A stretch of 64,000 nucleotides of DNA. Origin: Acinetobacter phage nACB2. A model generated the notes under the pieces. It was not told where the DNA came from. It ran no database searches and saw nothing but the letters and a program-made list of their open reading frames with translations. Both the position numbers and the translations under genes were made by a program. Of this stretch, positions 16,248 through 26,918 are shown piece by piece. How positions within the stretch are numbered: the stretch's first letter is position 1; each line of letters opens with the position of its first letter. Location of the stretch: sequence record OQ032512.1; one strand, given 5' to 3'.

Positions 16248-19200
16248 TTATGCCAAAGCGATCAATCTCAGCTCTTCCAATACTGGAGATTGAGAACCAA
16301 CCTCACCTAACATTTCAATCTTGAGTTTCAGACCTAGGAAAGATTCATCAGCGTTTATTTCAAACTCAGCTTCATACATATCTGTAGAAGAGTTCTTGAA
16401 CGCTTTTGAGACTTCTACGTCTGCCCATTCTTTCAGTGTTAAGTTATCATCGCCACTTGTGATAGCTTTGTATTTCAACTTAACGGTAGAACCGAATGGT
16501 ACTCGACCCACAACATAGATTTTAGCTGAAGTGGATGGGTTGTTGAACTTCAAAGAACGCGTAACGGCGTTTGCAAGAACATTGTTTTCATCGTTGTTAA
16601 GACAATAACCAACCATTTCTAGACCTGCGCCATCTAGGTCTACGAGTGGCGTTAACCATTCATTATCAGACTTCAATGTTAGATTCAACTTGGGCTTCAA
16701 GGTAGATGAAGAAACGGCGTCAAAAGGCATATCAGCAAATGTATCACTCTCTAGACCTTGTAATGTAACCGCCGTTCTATTTTCTTGAAGATGAGTTAAC
16801 AGATCAATGTTCAAAGACGTACCATCCAGAATGAATGACCCTAACCACGGGCAAACCTTATTGTATGGGTTGTTCGCTTTGATAGCAATAGAACCACCTC
16901 CGATAGCCCCAGTTAGTTGAGCAACAGCCGTTGTTTCTACAGAGAATGTTGAAGCATTTGCTGCTGTAACGCGGTGACGCGCATTGATTAGATTAGCGTC
17001 TATACCATTACCTGATACAGCTCCGGAAACTTCAACATAATCGCCTACCTTTAAGCCATGCCCTAAGCAACCAAAGGCGATAACATTAGAGTCTAAAGTT
17101 GTAGAAATTGAGTTGTATGGTAATGCTTTATCTTCAGGTGAAGCGCCTTCTAATGTTGCAACGTACGCAGAATCAGTTTTGAACTTACAACCGTAAATCT
17201 TGAATTTCAAGTCTTCCAGTTGGTTTGCTGTCCATGTTTGACCGTTAGATGACACAAAGAAAACACCAGTATGAGGTTGTTTAGCAACAACATAGCGGTT
17301 AGATAAATCAATCTCACCCATGCGCGCAAGATAAACATTATATTCTTGAGTGTCAGCTAGTAATACAATTGCGTATTCTCTGTCTTTCTCAAGATAAACT
17401 GGATCACTAAACACAAACTGAGTAGCAACTGTACCATTTTCTGAAATGTTCACCTGAGACGGATTGAGAACAACTTCACCAAAAGTCAATACTTCATTAG
17501 ATGGAACGCCATTGTACACGTTACGAACCTGAAGTGTAACAGGAATTGACTTAGCCTTTGTGGCAAAGAAAATATCAACTGCTTTGATGAAACCACCGCC
17601 GTCTTTAGAGATATTGAACGTTTGAGCAACAGGATCACTATTCCAACGCGCTGTCACACGAGAAGTAGATGAAGTCCATTTTGTCTGTTCAGCGCGCAGT
17701 GTCTTTGTGATAGTTGTAGTCTTTTGACGTACCTCTAATTCACCGCCTGATAGATGGGTTGCCTCACCGCGTGTAAAGTTGTTATTTGGGTTGTCATCAT
17801 TGTTCGCTGAGTCAGTGAATTTCAGAATGTTAGAACCTGTTTTGAAACGGAAGTCATTAGTGTTTGGTACCTTGAATACGCCTGATACGTTACCAGATAC
17901 GTCAGTAACAATGGCTTCTCCGTAGGCTTTACCTGTTTGAGCGCATTGCGATGAAACAGCTACGCCTGAGAAGAAAGGGTACAGGCGCGTTAGTGGCTTA
18001 AATCCGCGTAAATCGAATTTAACTTCAATGCTACGCATATAAGGAATAATACTCAAAGACACTCGAGAATCGTCAACCTTCACGTCAGTTGAGGATGTGA
18101 TTTTAGTATTCAGATACGTCTGAGTAGTCGTTTCAACGGTATTACGCCACCAACTAGACCATTGGAATGAAGATGAAACCGTTGTACCTATAAGTTGATC
18201 ACCAGCTTGGAGTCCATTGGTTAGATCATCTGTCACATTTAACACAATAGGTTTATTGTAAACAGTGTCGCGCCAGAAATCCTGAGCTGGTGTAAGTGTA
18301 ACACTACCTGCCCACGAGAATACCGCAAATGGGTTGATGTTAGACGTTGTTGTTGCATACGGCTGACTAGCGAATTCAACTAATGTGTAAGGAAGAGATA
18401 TAGTTGACGTATGCTTCTGAGCGCCAGAAAGATATGTCATGTCAATACCATTTTGTACAATAGGAGGTGCAATACGCCCTAGATCAGTATCAATAGATGC
18501 AGCCCATTCAGAATCCAAAACGTCAACCAGTTTGAAATCTTTGAAACGATCAGCCGCAATACCATTCTTGAATCGGTTATTTCCAGTTACAGGGTCAAGA
18601 ATTTGTGTACGCTCTGCTTTAGTCTCACTTTGACTCAAAGAGATATAATACTCCGTATTCTCAATACGTTTTTCCAAGCGACCAATATCAGCCATAGTGA
18701 AGCGTTTGTTTTCAACCTTGATTGCCTTAATCTGAGTCACTGAGTCAGTGTAAGCTGGAATGTGAAGTTGATACAAAGCCATACCGTCTGCTGGTATAGT
18801 AGGCGCTTTAGGATTCTCTGATGGTATGCCGCGAGAAACTGAGTAATTTCCGGAAGATGAAACGTACAATACATCAATTCGAGGTAGATACATTGTCAAA
18901 TCAATACGCACGTTGTCATTCGGGTTGATTACATCAAATACAGCTGGAAGATTCGTGAAGCTACCGTCACTTGCTTTCAGAACACGGAAGTCAATGCAAT
19001 CTGCTAGACTACGGATAACGCGGTCTGACGCTTCTTTAGATGTAGGGATATCGGTACGCGCAATATCATAAGAATCGACACAGAAGAAATCGCCTGTGTT
19101 AGAATGTTCAAAGTACTCGTAAGTCACAGATACGTTTGCAGTAATGTTACCGCTAGTGCTGATCAGTTCACCTACTTCATACCAGTTAGGTCTTTGACCA

Positions 19201-21053
19201 TCAAAGAAGCGGAAACCAGGAGTCATATCCAAACCGCTATCAGTATTGGTAACGCTCACTATTTTAAAAATATCAGCTTTGTTCAACTTAACAGAAGATG
19301 ATTCATTGAAAGAGATGTTTTCAGATACTTCTCTCAATGTCTTTGTTTTGTAAGTTGGATTCGTCTTAACAATAGAAGTAACAATGCGAACAACTGAACC
19401 AGAGTAAGATGCACCAAAGTCTAGATTAAGAGCCTTGCCATTTGGAGAACCTGCTAACGAGATACCTGAAATAGGAAGCGCCGTGTCGCCATTTACACTC
19501 GCAAAATAGTCGAAGCTGTTAACTGAGTTGAATAGTTCAGAACCTGTAAGACCAATAGAAGCCTTACCTGAAGCATCTAATGTGACGTCAAATGAACGCG
19601 TAACATTGAATGACACGTCTTGACCAGCAGCGCCCGTCAATGAGCTCACATTTGAGTACGGTAATGAGAATAAAAGGCTATCAGTTGTCCCACCGAAAAC
19701 GCTAGAAGCAGCCAAAGTAGCTTCAAAGGTATCAGAAGGCGAGAAGCTGCCTAAAATACGTTTCACAGAGCCGAATGATTGACCCAGAGACATATTGATA
19801 TCCATCAAGTAAAGGATCGCATTGTTGCCTTCGCGTTTGATAGAACGCACTTTACAAGTGCCCAAGAGCGAATTGCTTTCATCTACTAGGCTGTGAAGAC
19901 GCGTTAGGTCAAGTTTCGGAAGCCCTTTATCAATTGTAACTACAATGAATGATCCGTATAAAGCCTGAAGAACACCATTGTTAACAATCTTTGTATCTCG
20001 CGCCTTACCAACCTCTACGTCTTTGTATCCCACGATTTCGTGACGGTATCCTTGAACGTAAGAAACACCGCGCTTCAGACGCGCTACAAACGTGTCTTCC
20101 TTACCACCTTCTACGTTTGTATATAGACCATCTACGTGGTCACCATCGCGTAGATGTTCCAATAATTCGATAGGAGGGTGTGTAACAGTGTAGTTACCAG
20201 ATTCTTCGTAGGTACGCTGAGCTAGAATATCATTGAAAACAGCGTATTGTGTATTATCATTTACACTTTGGATTACACCACCGTCAATGTCTACAATCTC
20301 AATGAAAGTGTCATCTTTTTCAGATTTATCAATCGCTTCAAGTTTTAATGTAACTTTGAGACGGCAAGCGCCAGCGCCTTTGAAGTTTGGTTCACCCGAA
20401 GCATTTGAATATAAAGATGGGTCTACAGTTTCGTCGATCACTTCTTCATCAATACGGAAACCAACAAGTATAGATGGCGCTTCCTCTGGAATTAGAATAT
20501 CTTGGCTATTCGTCCAGACAAGGTTTCCGCCTACGAAATAAACGCCTTCTAGAACAGAAGCGTAGAAGCCTAAAGCGCTTTCAACAACAGTGGACATTAA
20601 TACGTCTACAGAGGAACCATCGATGTCTTGTGAGATGATGATTGTAGATGCATCCTCAAATGTAGCGCCTTCAGTGCCGTCTGAGTTAAGGTATTCAATT
20701 GCTAACCATCCAGACGTTCCATCTATAGGAAGATACTTCAGAATCTTAGCATTCAAACCAGCATTAGATGCTCTTGCGTTCAAAGAAACATCACCTTCGA
20801 AAAAGGATGCATCAAAATTCACTGGAAGAACTATTTTAACCATATTCTGGCGTTCTTTTAATGAGATTGATCCCTCACCTACAACTGAGCCATCTTTAAA
20901 AAAGTGCGAACCCATTCGATTGATTTGTTCTTGAAGAATGGATTGTAATTGGTTCAACTCTCGGGCTTGTACAACTCGAGGTCTGAATAGAATTTTATGA
21001 AACCCTTTAGATGGGTTGTAATCATCATAAAATGGAGCGTGTGAAGTGTCCAA
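16248..21053 (-). CDS. Very large virion structural protein (about 1601 aa), probably baseplate or tail-fibre associated. It appears to start at TTG.
   Basis: One continuous 4.8-kb frame with no in-frame ATG until codon 48. The upstream stop is followed by 'tatcGGAGAttggccTTGgac', giving SD GGAGA 6 nt before the second TTG. It sits in the late operon between the 938-aa fibre-like paralog and the mini coiled-coil. Confidence 0.7.
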   Translation of the reverse strand: MDTSHAPFYDDYNPSKGFHKILFRPRVVQARELNQLQSILQEQINRMGSHFFKDGSVVGEGSISLKERQNMVKIVLPVNFDASFFEGDVSLNARASNAGLNAKILKYLPIDGTSGWLAIEYLNSDGTEGATFEDASTIIISQDIDGSSVDVLMSTVVESALGFYASVLEGVYFVGGNLVWTNSQDILIPEEAPSILVGFRIDEEVIDETVDPSLYSNASGEPNFKGAGACRLKVTLKLEAIDKSEKDDTFIEIVDIDGGVIQSVNDNTQYAVFNDILAQRTYEESGNYTVTHPPIELLEHLRDGDHVDGLYTNVEGGKEDTFVARLKRGVSYVQGYRHEIVGYKDVEVGKARDTKIVNNGVLQALYGSFIVVTIDKGLPKLDLTRLHSLVDESNSLLGTCKVRSIKREGNNAILYLMDINMSLGQSFGSVKRILGSFSPSDTFEATLAASSVFGGTTDSLLFSLPYSNVSSLTGAAGQDVSFNVTRSFDVTLDASGKASIGLTGSELFNSVNSFDYFASVNGDTALPISGISLAGSPNGKALNLDFGASYSGSVVRIVTSIVKTNPTYKTKTLREVSENISFNESSSVKLNKADIFKIVSVTNTDSGLDMTPGFRFFDGQRPNWYEVGELISTSGNITANVSVTYEYFEHSNTGDFFCVDSYDIARTDIPTSKEASDRVIRSLADCIDFRVLKASDGSFTNLPAVFDVINPNDNVRIDLTMYLPRIDVLYVSSSGNYSVSRGIPSENPKAPTIPADGMALYQLHIPAYTDSVTQIKAIKVENKRFTMADIGRLEKRIENTEYYISLSQSETKAERTQILDPVTGNNRFKNGIAADRFKDFKLVDVLDSEWAASIDTDLGRIAPPIVQNGIDMTYLSGAQKHTSTISLPYTLVEFASQPYATTTSNINPFAVFSWAGSVTLTPAQDFWRDTVYNKPIVLNVTDDLTNGLQAGDQLIGTTVSSSFQWSSWWRNTVETTTQTYLNTKITSSTDVKVDDSRVSLSIIPYMRSIEVKFDLRGFKPLTRLYPFFSGVAVSSQCAQTGKAYGEAIVTDVSGNVSGVFKVPNTNDFRFKTGSNILKFTDSANNDDNPNNNFTRGEATHLSGGELEVRQKTTTITKTLRAEQTKWTSSTSRVTARWNSDPVAQTFNISKDGGGFIKAVDIFFATKAKSIPVTLQVRNVYNGVPSNEVLTFGEVVLNPSQVNISENGTVATQFVFSDPVYLEKDREYAIVLLADTQEYNVYLARMGEIDLSNRYVVAKQPHTGVFFVSSNGQTWTANQLEDLKFKIYGCKFKTDSAYVATLEGASPEDKALPYNSISTTLDSNVIAFGCLGHGLKVGDYVEVSGAVSGNGIDANLINARHRVTAANASTFSVETTAVAQLTGAIGGGSIAIKANNPYNKVCPWLGSFILDGTSLNIDLLTHLQENRTAVTLQGLESDTFADMPFDAVSSSTLKPKLNLTLKSDNEWLTPLVDLDGAGLEMVGYCLNNDENNVLANAVTRSLKFNNPSTSAKIYVVGRVPFGSTVKLKYKAITSGDDNLTLKEWADVEVSKAFKNSSTDMYEAEFEINADESFLGLKLKIEMLGEVGSQSPVLEELRLIALA

Positions 21054-21112
21054 GGCCAATCTCCGATATTTTGGAACGTATATGTCTGTCTTTATTTAGC
21101 ATTAGACATAAG

Positions 21113-21140
21113 AAAGGGGCTTGCGCCCCTTTTTCTTACC
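21113..21140. terminator. GC-rich hairpin aaaggggc-ttgc-gcccctttt; family 2 terminator/attenuator.
   Basis: Read directly. An identical core is found at 53894-53925, with relatives at 30098-30113 and 32743-32765. Confidence 0.6.
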
Positions 21141-23952
21141 AGTTGCCTCGTATGAAACTGTTAGCATTGTAATACTGCGATGATGTAATCGTTACACCAT
21201 CTTTTTTCAATACTAGAGTTCCTCCACCAGATTTTATTAGACCTGCAGCTCCAGCAGCTGTATTAACGCCAGTAGAGGTAGAAACGGCGCCAGCCATTCC
21301 TAGATCACCGCCCTTTCCGCCAATGTAATCCGTGGTCACAGAAGTTACTTCGTCAACGTGAGTGTACGTTCCGCCTTGAGCGCCCAAAAGTCTTGATGCT
21401 TGAGAACCTGCGTAGTCAGCAGTACCACCTAAACCTGTAGCTGCGCCACCACCGCCACCAACGTATTTTCCATTGATAGTAACACCACCGCCGCCACCAC
21501 CACCTGACGCTACGATTACGTCTCCAGAATAAAGATTGATGTTTAAAGTGTGACCCGACCCAATATTGAAAACATTTCCTCCAACTGCCCCAACTCTAGG
21601 AACTTTAGGATCAGCGCCCTGACCACCCTTTCCTATGATACCACCAGTGCTGTTCCAATAAAGATTAACAACTGTTCCAGCCAACCAATTATCAGAAGTT
21701 ACAGCGAATTTGTTTGTAGCGGAAGCCTCAAACCAAGATTCTCCAGTAACATAGAGGTTACAAATCCAAGGAACGTCTTGAGTACCAAACTGAGTTTCAA
21801 ACAAAGTTTTCAAATCAACGTCTTGTTTTACTTCACCTGAAATGTACAGGTTTTGAATCGGGGTTGTCGATGTATCTTTAATCAACAAAGGTTTGTTAGA
21901 GTCAGCAACTATAGACGAGGTTGATTGATTCACCCACTCCATATATAGAATTTCATCACCTTCTGTTTTACGGTCTGCGCGTATTACAATTTTTTGAGAT
22001 AATATGATATTACCGTTGAATGACTGAGCTACAATATTACTATTGGTGATGTCTACGTCATCGCCCTCGACAATATTACCAGTTGTACCGACTGTCTTGA
22101 TGTTAGGTTTGAAGAACGTACCTTGAGTTGTACCAGACGGAACTCTCAGCACGAAGTAAACAGTGTCTCCTTCATTAGCCTGTGTAATAGCTGTAGAACC
22201 GTTAGAAGCTGTAGAATACCAACACTCAGCCTTCCAAGCTGTGTCCACTATTTGAATATTTGTAGAAGTAACCACAACACCTGCTAGAAGTACATTAAGC
22301 GTAATTGTCTCAGTGCCTTCGTACGGTTTAGTTGCATCGGCTTCAAATTTTACTGGTACAACAATTAAGTTATTGTTAATGTTTCTTGCAGCCCCAAATT
22401 CAACAATGTTTTCAATGTCTGAATCCGATGAACTAGAGAAGGTAAAAGATGTGCCGTTTGCAACATACTTTGACTCAAGCATAAGGTAAACAGTGTCACC
22501 TTCATTAGCCTGTGTAATAGTTGTAGAACCATCTGAGAATCTAGACACCCGACTCTTGTATTCTGGTGGCCCAGATACATCTAGAACACTAATTTCTTTA
22601 AATGTATTAGTGGCAGCTAGAGTGAAACGCAATGTTTCAGTAGATTCTGGAAGGAAGTCTTGTACAATTGGAAGGTCAACAATACCTTGATTATTCTGAA
22701 TAGTAACGTATCCTGATAAAGAACCATCTACGTCAGACTGAGATATTTGTGTAAAATTATATGCTAAGGATTCACCGTTCGCAAGACCATTTGCAGACAC
22801 AATTACGCGTAAGGTTTGACCTTCGCTGATCTGAGTAGATTCCGTGAATAATGAACCTTGGAGAATGCCCATTCTGATTCCTAGAACTACATCAGATTCC
22901 GAAGGCTTCGATTCATACACAACCCAATTGACCTTTCCATTCCAAGTGTTAGCGGTTGGAGACTTAGCGACAACACCAAAACCGCCATTTGTACGACTAA
23001 CAATCTGGAAACCTTGACAGTCAGTTAGAATTTTCTCTGGAGAAGCGTTAATGATATAACGACTCTGAGACAAGTCTATATTGGGCACTGAAATGGTTAC
23101 TGGAGTGGAACCATTAAGGCTCAAAATGTCTGAACCACCTGCTACAGCTCTTGGATAGCGCTTGGACGTAAACACTTGAGTCCAGAAGCCGTAAACACCA
23201 TTGTTTCTAGAACGATAATACATATCATTCTGGAGGTCGATAAACAATTGAGCGCCGATGGATGTATTATTTGTGCCAGATATTGTATAACAAATACCAA
23301 TACCGTCTGTATTTGGTCTAGAACCAGCTGTAGCTGGATTACAAGAAGCGACAGACGAATAAACCACTTCATTGAGGTCTATGTTCACGCCGTTAGATGA
23401 ATCTTTCACCTCAATAGCATTCACGTAGCCGTATTTTCTCTGATTCTTCAATTCTGTGAATTGAGGATAATCTACAGAAGGGTTCAAACGCCCCTGTGCG
23501 CTCATAGATGTGATTTCTACTAGTGCTTCGGAATACAAACCAGATATCGCTGTCATTGAAATAATCAATCCAACGTTCTGATTTCCATTGCGTTTTGCTA
23601 TGTACGCGCCCTTGAATTTAAAAATAGAAGGGTCTTCATTCATTGAGCTCAGAATGTTAATACTGTTATCGATACTATCTGAAGATAGGTCTGCTGATGA
23701 TAGTTGTCCACTCGCAGCTATTACAATATTGAAACGCTTTTTGTTTAGAGAAATGTCAACGATATAAATGCCGTTGATGACATTACCCTCGTCAGCAACA
23801 AAATTATATTCATTTGACTTTCTTAACACTTTCAAAGCAGCCGAAGTGGTATCTAGCGTGAAATTCTTTTCAAGCGAAAGGTATTTTAATCCAGAGACGT
23901 TAGGCGTTTGAATACCTTCCGGAAATCTGGTAGATAGACTGTTGTCTGACAT
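21136..23952 (-). CDS. Baseplate/tail-fibre-like structural protein, paralog A (938 aa), with a Gly-rich C-terminus and internal Ig-like repeats.
   Basis: The N-terminal 300 aa or so are homologous to the 821-aa protein at 24382-26847 (for example CNPATAGSRPNTDGIGIC vs CNPASQSSRPNKSGIGMC). C-terminus contains 'ASGGGGGGGVTINGKYVGGGGGAA'. SD AAGAGGA. Confidence 0.7.
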   Translation of the reverse strand: MSDNSLSTRFPEGIQTPNVSGLKYLSLEKNFTLDTTSAALKVLRKSNEYNFVADEGNVINGIYIVDISLNKKRFNIVIAASGQLSSADLSSDSIDNSINILSSMNEDPSIFKFKGAYIAKRNGNQNVGLIISMTAISGLYSEALVEITSMSAQGRLNPSVDYPQFTELKNQRKYGYVNAIEVKDSSNGVNIDLNEVVYSSVASCNPATAGSRPNTDGIGICYTISGTNNTSIGAQLFIDLQNDMYYRSRNNGVYGFWTQVFTSKRYPRAVAGGSDILSLNGSTPVTISVPNIDLSQSRYIINASPEKILTDCQGFQIVSRTNGGFGVVAKSPTANTWNGKVNWVVYESKPSESDVVLGIRMGILQGSLFTESTQISEGQTLRVIVSANGLANGESLAYNFTQISQSDVDGSLSGYVTIQNNQGIVDLPIVQDFLPESTETLRFTLAATNTFKEISVLDVSGPPEYKSRVSRFSDGSTTITQANEGDTVYLMLESKYVANGTSFTFSSSSDSDIENIVEFGAARNINNNLIVVPVKFEADATKPYEGTETITLNVLLAGVVVTSTNIQIVDTAWKAECWYSTASNGSTAITQANEGDTVYFVLRVPSGTTQGTFFKPNIKTVGTTGNIVEGDDVDITNSNIVAQSFNGNIILSQKIVIRADRKTEGDEILYMEWVNQSTSSIVADSNKPLLIKDTSTTPIQNLYISGEVKQDVDLKTLFETQFGTQDVPWICNLYVTGESWFEASATNKFAVTSDNWLAGTVVNLYWNSTGGIIGKGGQGADPKVPRVGAVGGNVFNIGSGHTLNINLYSGDVIVASGGGGGGGVTINGKYVGGGGGAATGLGGTADYAGSQASRLLGAQGGTYTHVDEVTSVTTDYIGGKGGDLGMAGAVSTSTGVNTAAGAAGLIKSGGGTLVLKKDGVTITSSQYYNANSFIRGNW
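22156..22540 (-). repeat. Intragenic direct repeat: a 45-nt near-identical DNA segment occurs twice (22156-22200 and 22496-22540) inside the 938-aa gene.
   Basis: 'gtaaacagtgtc[t/a]ccttcattagcctgtgtaatag[c/t]tgtagaacc' appears twice. Each copy encodes the 'GSTxITQANEGDTVY' domain repeats. Confidence 0.7.
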
Positions 23953-23974
23953 GCGATGTTCCTCTTTTGGTTAC

Positions 23975-24382
23975 TTATTTCAAATTGAAAAAACGGTAAC
24001 CAATTTGTTTCATACCGTAATTTTTGTGAAGAGCTGAAACAATTAATGAACCGTTCCAATCAGAAGGTATAGAAAAAGTCCATACGCACTCTGTTCCGTT
24101 TATGAATCTGATAGCTGGTAATTCGATGAAGTTACTTCCTGAACTATTGTCGCCAGAAGTTTGAAGAATAACAACTATTTCGTCTCCTGAGACCAATCCA
24201 CTGAATGATGAAAAGGATACTTTATGCTGCTTCATTCTTTCTACGCTAGTGACGAGTTGGTTAACGCCATCTCTCACTACTGGAGAAACGGTAGCTGAAC
24301 GCGTCACGCGTTCAATTACCATACTAGCTGTTTTTAGCTTGTTACTACCAACCTTGATATTGACTTGTGCTAATGCGCTCAT
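23975..24382 (-). CDS. Hypothetical structural protein (135 aa) between the two paralogs.
   Basis: TAATG coupling with the upstream 821-aa gene. Confidence 0.55.
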   Translation of the reverse strand: MSALAQVNIKVGSNKLKTASMVIERVTRSATVSPVVRDGVNQLVTSVERMKQHKVSFSSFSGLVSGDEIVVILQTSGDNSSGSNFIELPAIRFINGTECVWTFSIPSDWNGSLIVSALHKNYGMKQIGYRFFNLK

Positions 24383-26847
24383 TAATGACCACTCACTATC
24401 CCAGATATGTTCTTGATATCTACGTTGAATTCATTTTGGAGAATGATTCTTCCTGCTTTACCGCCTTTACCCGCATTAACGACGACAGAATAAAAGGTGT
24501 TAACGTTGTCCATAATGCCGTCTGTACCGTCTTTTCCTAAATCTCCGCCATTACCAGCAGAAGATGGAATAGCAATTATATCATTGTACTTTGCGCCTAG
24601 AGTTGCAGTTGCATCGCCCACGGGGTGTTTATTATCTACAGTTGTGACATTTCCTTCCATCTTGTACAGAACATTATCCCTAGAATACCATTGACGTATC
24701 AAAGCGTATGAAGGGGTATATTCTATCAACGATTGGGAGTTTTTACCTGCCCCAATGAATTCTACGCCTGCTCCCATTATTGGTGGGGTCTCCCCATAAG
24801 GAGCGCCACCTCCTCCAGACATAATTGGATTATAATTAGTTGCGCTATAACCATTTAGATTTATAAAACAAACGCCAGAAGCGCCACCCCCTCCGCCACC
24901 AGACATTATGTTTCCGTAGTTATACACTGTTAAGAATACAGTAGGACTTCCGTCAATACAAGCACCGCCGTTCTCACCGTCAAGCTGATTAATAGACATT
25001 GATGAAGGAGCGTAACCACCTCTTCCACCTCTTCCGTAGATGTTACCGTTGTTCACTAGTGTTACGGTAGATCCGTACGGAAAATCTCCTACTGTTATCG
25101 CAGGTTGTATAACGGTAGATGCTGAAACAGTAACTCCAGAAGAAATAACAAATCTGATATTACAAGGATCGCTGATTTTTCCCAATACAGTCTTAGCTAA
25201 ATTGTAAAGATTCAGGTTAGACTGGTCTGTTGTAATGTTCACAACCTCTTCATCTACACTAGGTTGGTTTACGTTTATTGGATATGAAAAAACATTGTTA
25301 TTATTAAACATGACGGCGATTTGACTAGGGAGTCCGCCTAAAACAAATTCAGAAAAAGTCGATCCTTCAAAGTCAATATGGTATTCGACACTTGGATCAT
25401 ATTCAACGCCTTTAACGATAACAAAGAACTGAAACCCATTATCCAATTTTGTTATAGGTTGCGTACCCGCAGCGTCCTTTGAAAAATACAATTCAAATAT
25501 AGGTGCGACAGAAGTGTCTTTGAGCATCAAAGAAGCAGTAACACTTGTTCCATTAGCGAGTACCAATGAAAGATTTTTGTCCCCATCGGCTATTGCATCT
25601 CTAAGAACAGATATATCAATATAGGCTGATGAATTTCTAACAACAAATTGGCCACTAAGAGGTATCCCTACATCAGACTCATTAACACCTTGAATAGTAA
25701 ACGGCACGGAAGTTCCATCTGTGACATTTTGAGTTGAAAGTACGAATCTAGCTGTCTGACCTTCTTCAACAGAAGTAGCTGGACGAAAATCCTGACCATC
25801 CAAACGCCCGCAAGTTAAATTAAATACAGGGTCTGTTTCAGCTGCGCGTATCTCTGTAATGGAATAAGAAATTACACCAGCCCAAGGTTTTACAGTTTTT
25901 ATCCCAAATCCATTTTCTGCTCTACTAGATACTTGAATATCATCTGTTAAACTCACAACGTCGTATTGAGGCGTGAATGTTATAGAATATCTTAATTGAC
26001 GCAGGTCAATATCATTAACTGGGATTATAGTCTCGTTTACCCCATCTGAAGACACAAAGAATATTCCACTATAGACAACTTTCGGATAAGTTGAATTGCT
26101 ATCAACCCCGACCCAAGATGAATTTCCGGAACGAAGATACATCTTACCGTCTTCAGACCAAAACAATTGCACTTTAAATGCATCTGCGATGAATGTGGTA
26201 CACATTCCTATACCAGATTTATTAGGTCTAGACGATTGACTAGCTGGGTTACAAAGTATTATGGAATTTTCATTAACATCGCTGAGATTAACGTTCACTC
26301 CTTCGCTATCATCAATGACCTTTTTCGTCGACAGAATACCAGTTACTGTGGTCTTGATATCAATGGTGTAGTCTGCGAAAGATGAAGATGGTCTCACCTT
26401 AGAACTCGAACCAACCTGAGTTACCTTAACCTTCACAGGATAAGATTCAAACCCTGTCCCAGCTATACTCATTAACAAACCAACGTCTGTTGTAGATGAA
26501 GCCTTTACGTCCAAATATTCTAAGGACATGTTATTGACGGTTGTTAAACTCAATAATTGTACTGTATTTTGATATTCAATCGAACCTTCAAATGCAGATT
26601 GCTTAGCGTTCGCTGAAATAAGACAACGGAGTGAACCGCCGTCTATATCCTCAACACTAACAAAATAAAGTCCAGAGATTGTTTGCTTATAATCCAAAAC
26701 AATATTACAGACAGAACCCGAAAAGCTCACTTGTATTTCTTCTGTAGAGCACCCAAAGTTACGCCCAAACAATAGCTGTTCAAGACCAATTAAAGACTTG
26801 GACATTGCTCCTTTAGGATATATGGATGGTAAAGAGATATCAGTCAT
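24382..26847 (-). CDS. Baseplate/tail-fibre-like structural protein, paralog B (821 aa), with a Gly-rich C-terminus.
   Basis: Homologous N-terminus to paralog A. C-terminus contains 'SGGGGGGASGVCFINLNG...SGGGGAPYGE'. Confidence 0.7.
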   Translation of the reverse strand: MTDISLPSIYPKGAMSKSLIGLEQLLFGRNFGCSTEEIQVSFSGSVCNIVLDYKQTISGLYFVSVEDIDGGSLRCLISANAKQSAFEGSIEYQNTVQLLSLTTVNNMSLEYLDVKASSTTDVGLLMSIAGTGFESYPVKVKVTQVGSSSKVRPSSSFADYTIDIKTTVTGILSTKKVIDDSEGVNVNLSDVNENSIILCNPASQSSRPNKSGIGMCTTFIADAFKVQLFWSEDGKMYLRSGNSSWVGVDSNSTYPKVVYSGIFFVSSDGVNETIIPVNDIDLRQLRYSITFTPQYDVVSLTDDIQVSSRAENGFGIKTVKPWAGVISYSITEIRAAETDPVFNLTCGRLDGQDFRPATSVEEGQTARFVLSTQNVTDGTSVPFTIQGVNESDVGIPLSGQFVVRNSSAYIDISVLRDAIADGDKNLSLVLANGTSVTASLMLKDTSVAPIFELYFSKDAAGTQPITKLDNGFQFFVIVKGVEYDPSVEYHIDFEGSTFSEFVLGGLPSQIAVMFNNNNVFSYPINVNQPSVDEEVVNITTDQSNLNLYNLAKTVLGKISDPCNIRFVISSGVTVSASTVIQPAITVGDFPYGSTVTLVNNGNIYGRGGRGGYAPSSMSINQLDGENGGACIDGSPTVFLTVYNYGNIMSGGGGGGASGVCFINLNGYSATNYNPIMSGGGGAPYGETPPIMGAGVEFIGAGKNSQSLIEYTPSYALIRQWYSRDNVLYKMEGNVTTVDNKHPVGDATATLGAKYNDIIAIPSSAGNGGDLGKDGTDGIMDNVNTFYSVVVNAGKGGKAGRIILQNEFNVDIKNISGIVSGH

Positions 26848-26918
26848 GTTAAATGCTCTAATGCGCGTGATTTACTTTATTTACATTGTAAGTATATTAA
26901 ACAGAGGAACATTTAATC

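Noticed and set aside
16248-21059. Possibility that the 1603-aa ORF is two genes fused by a frameshift or sequencing error.
   Set aside because: There is one uninterrupted frame with no internal stops, and coding character is consistent throughout. It is kept as one gene, with a note to verify.
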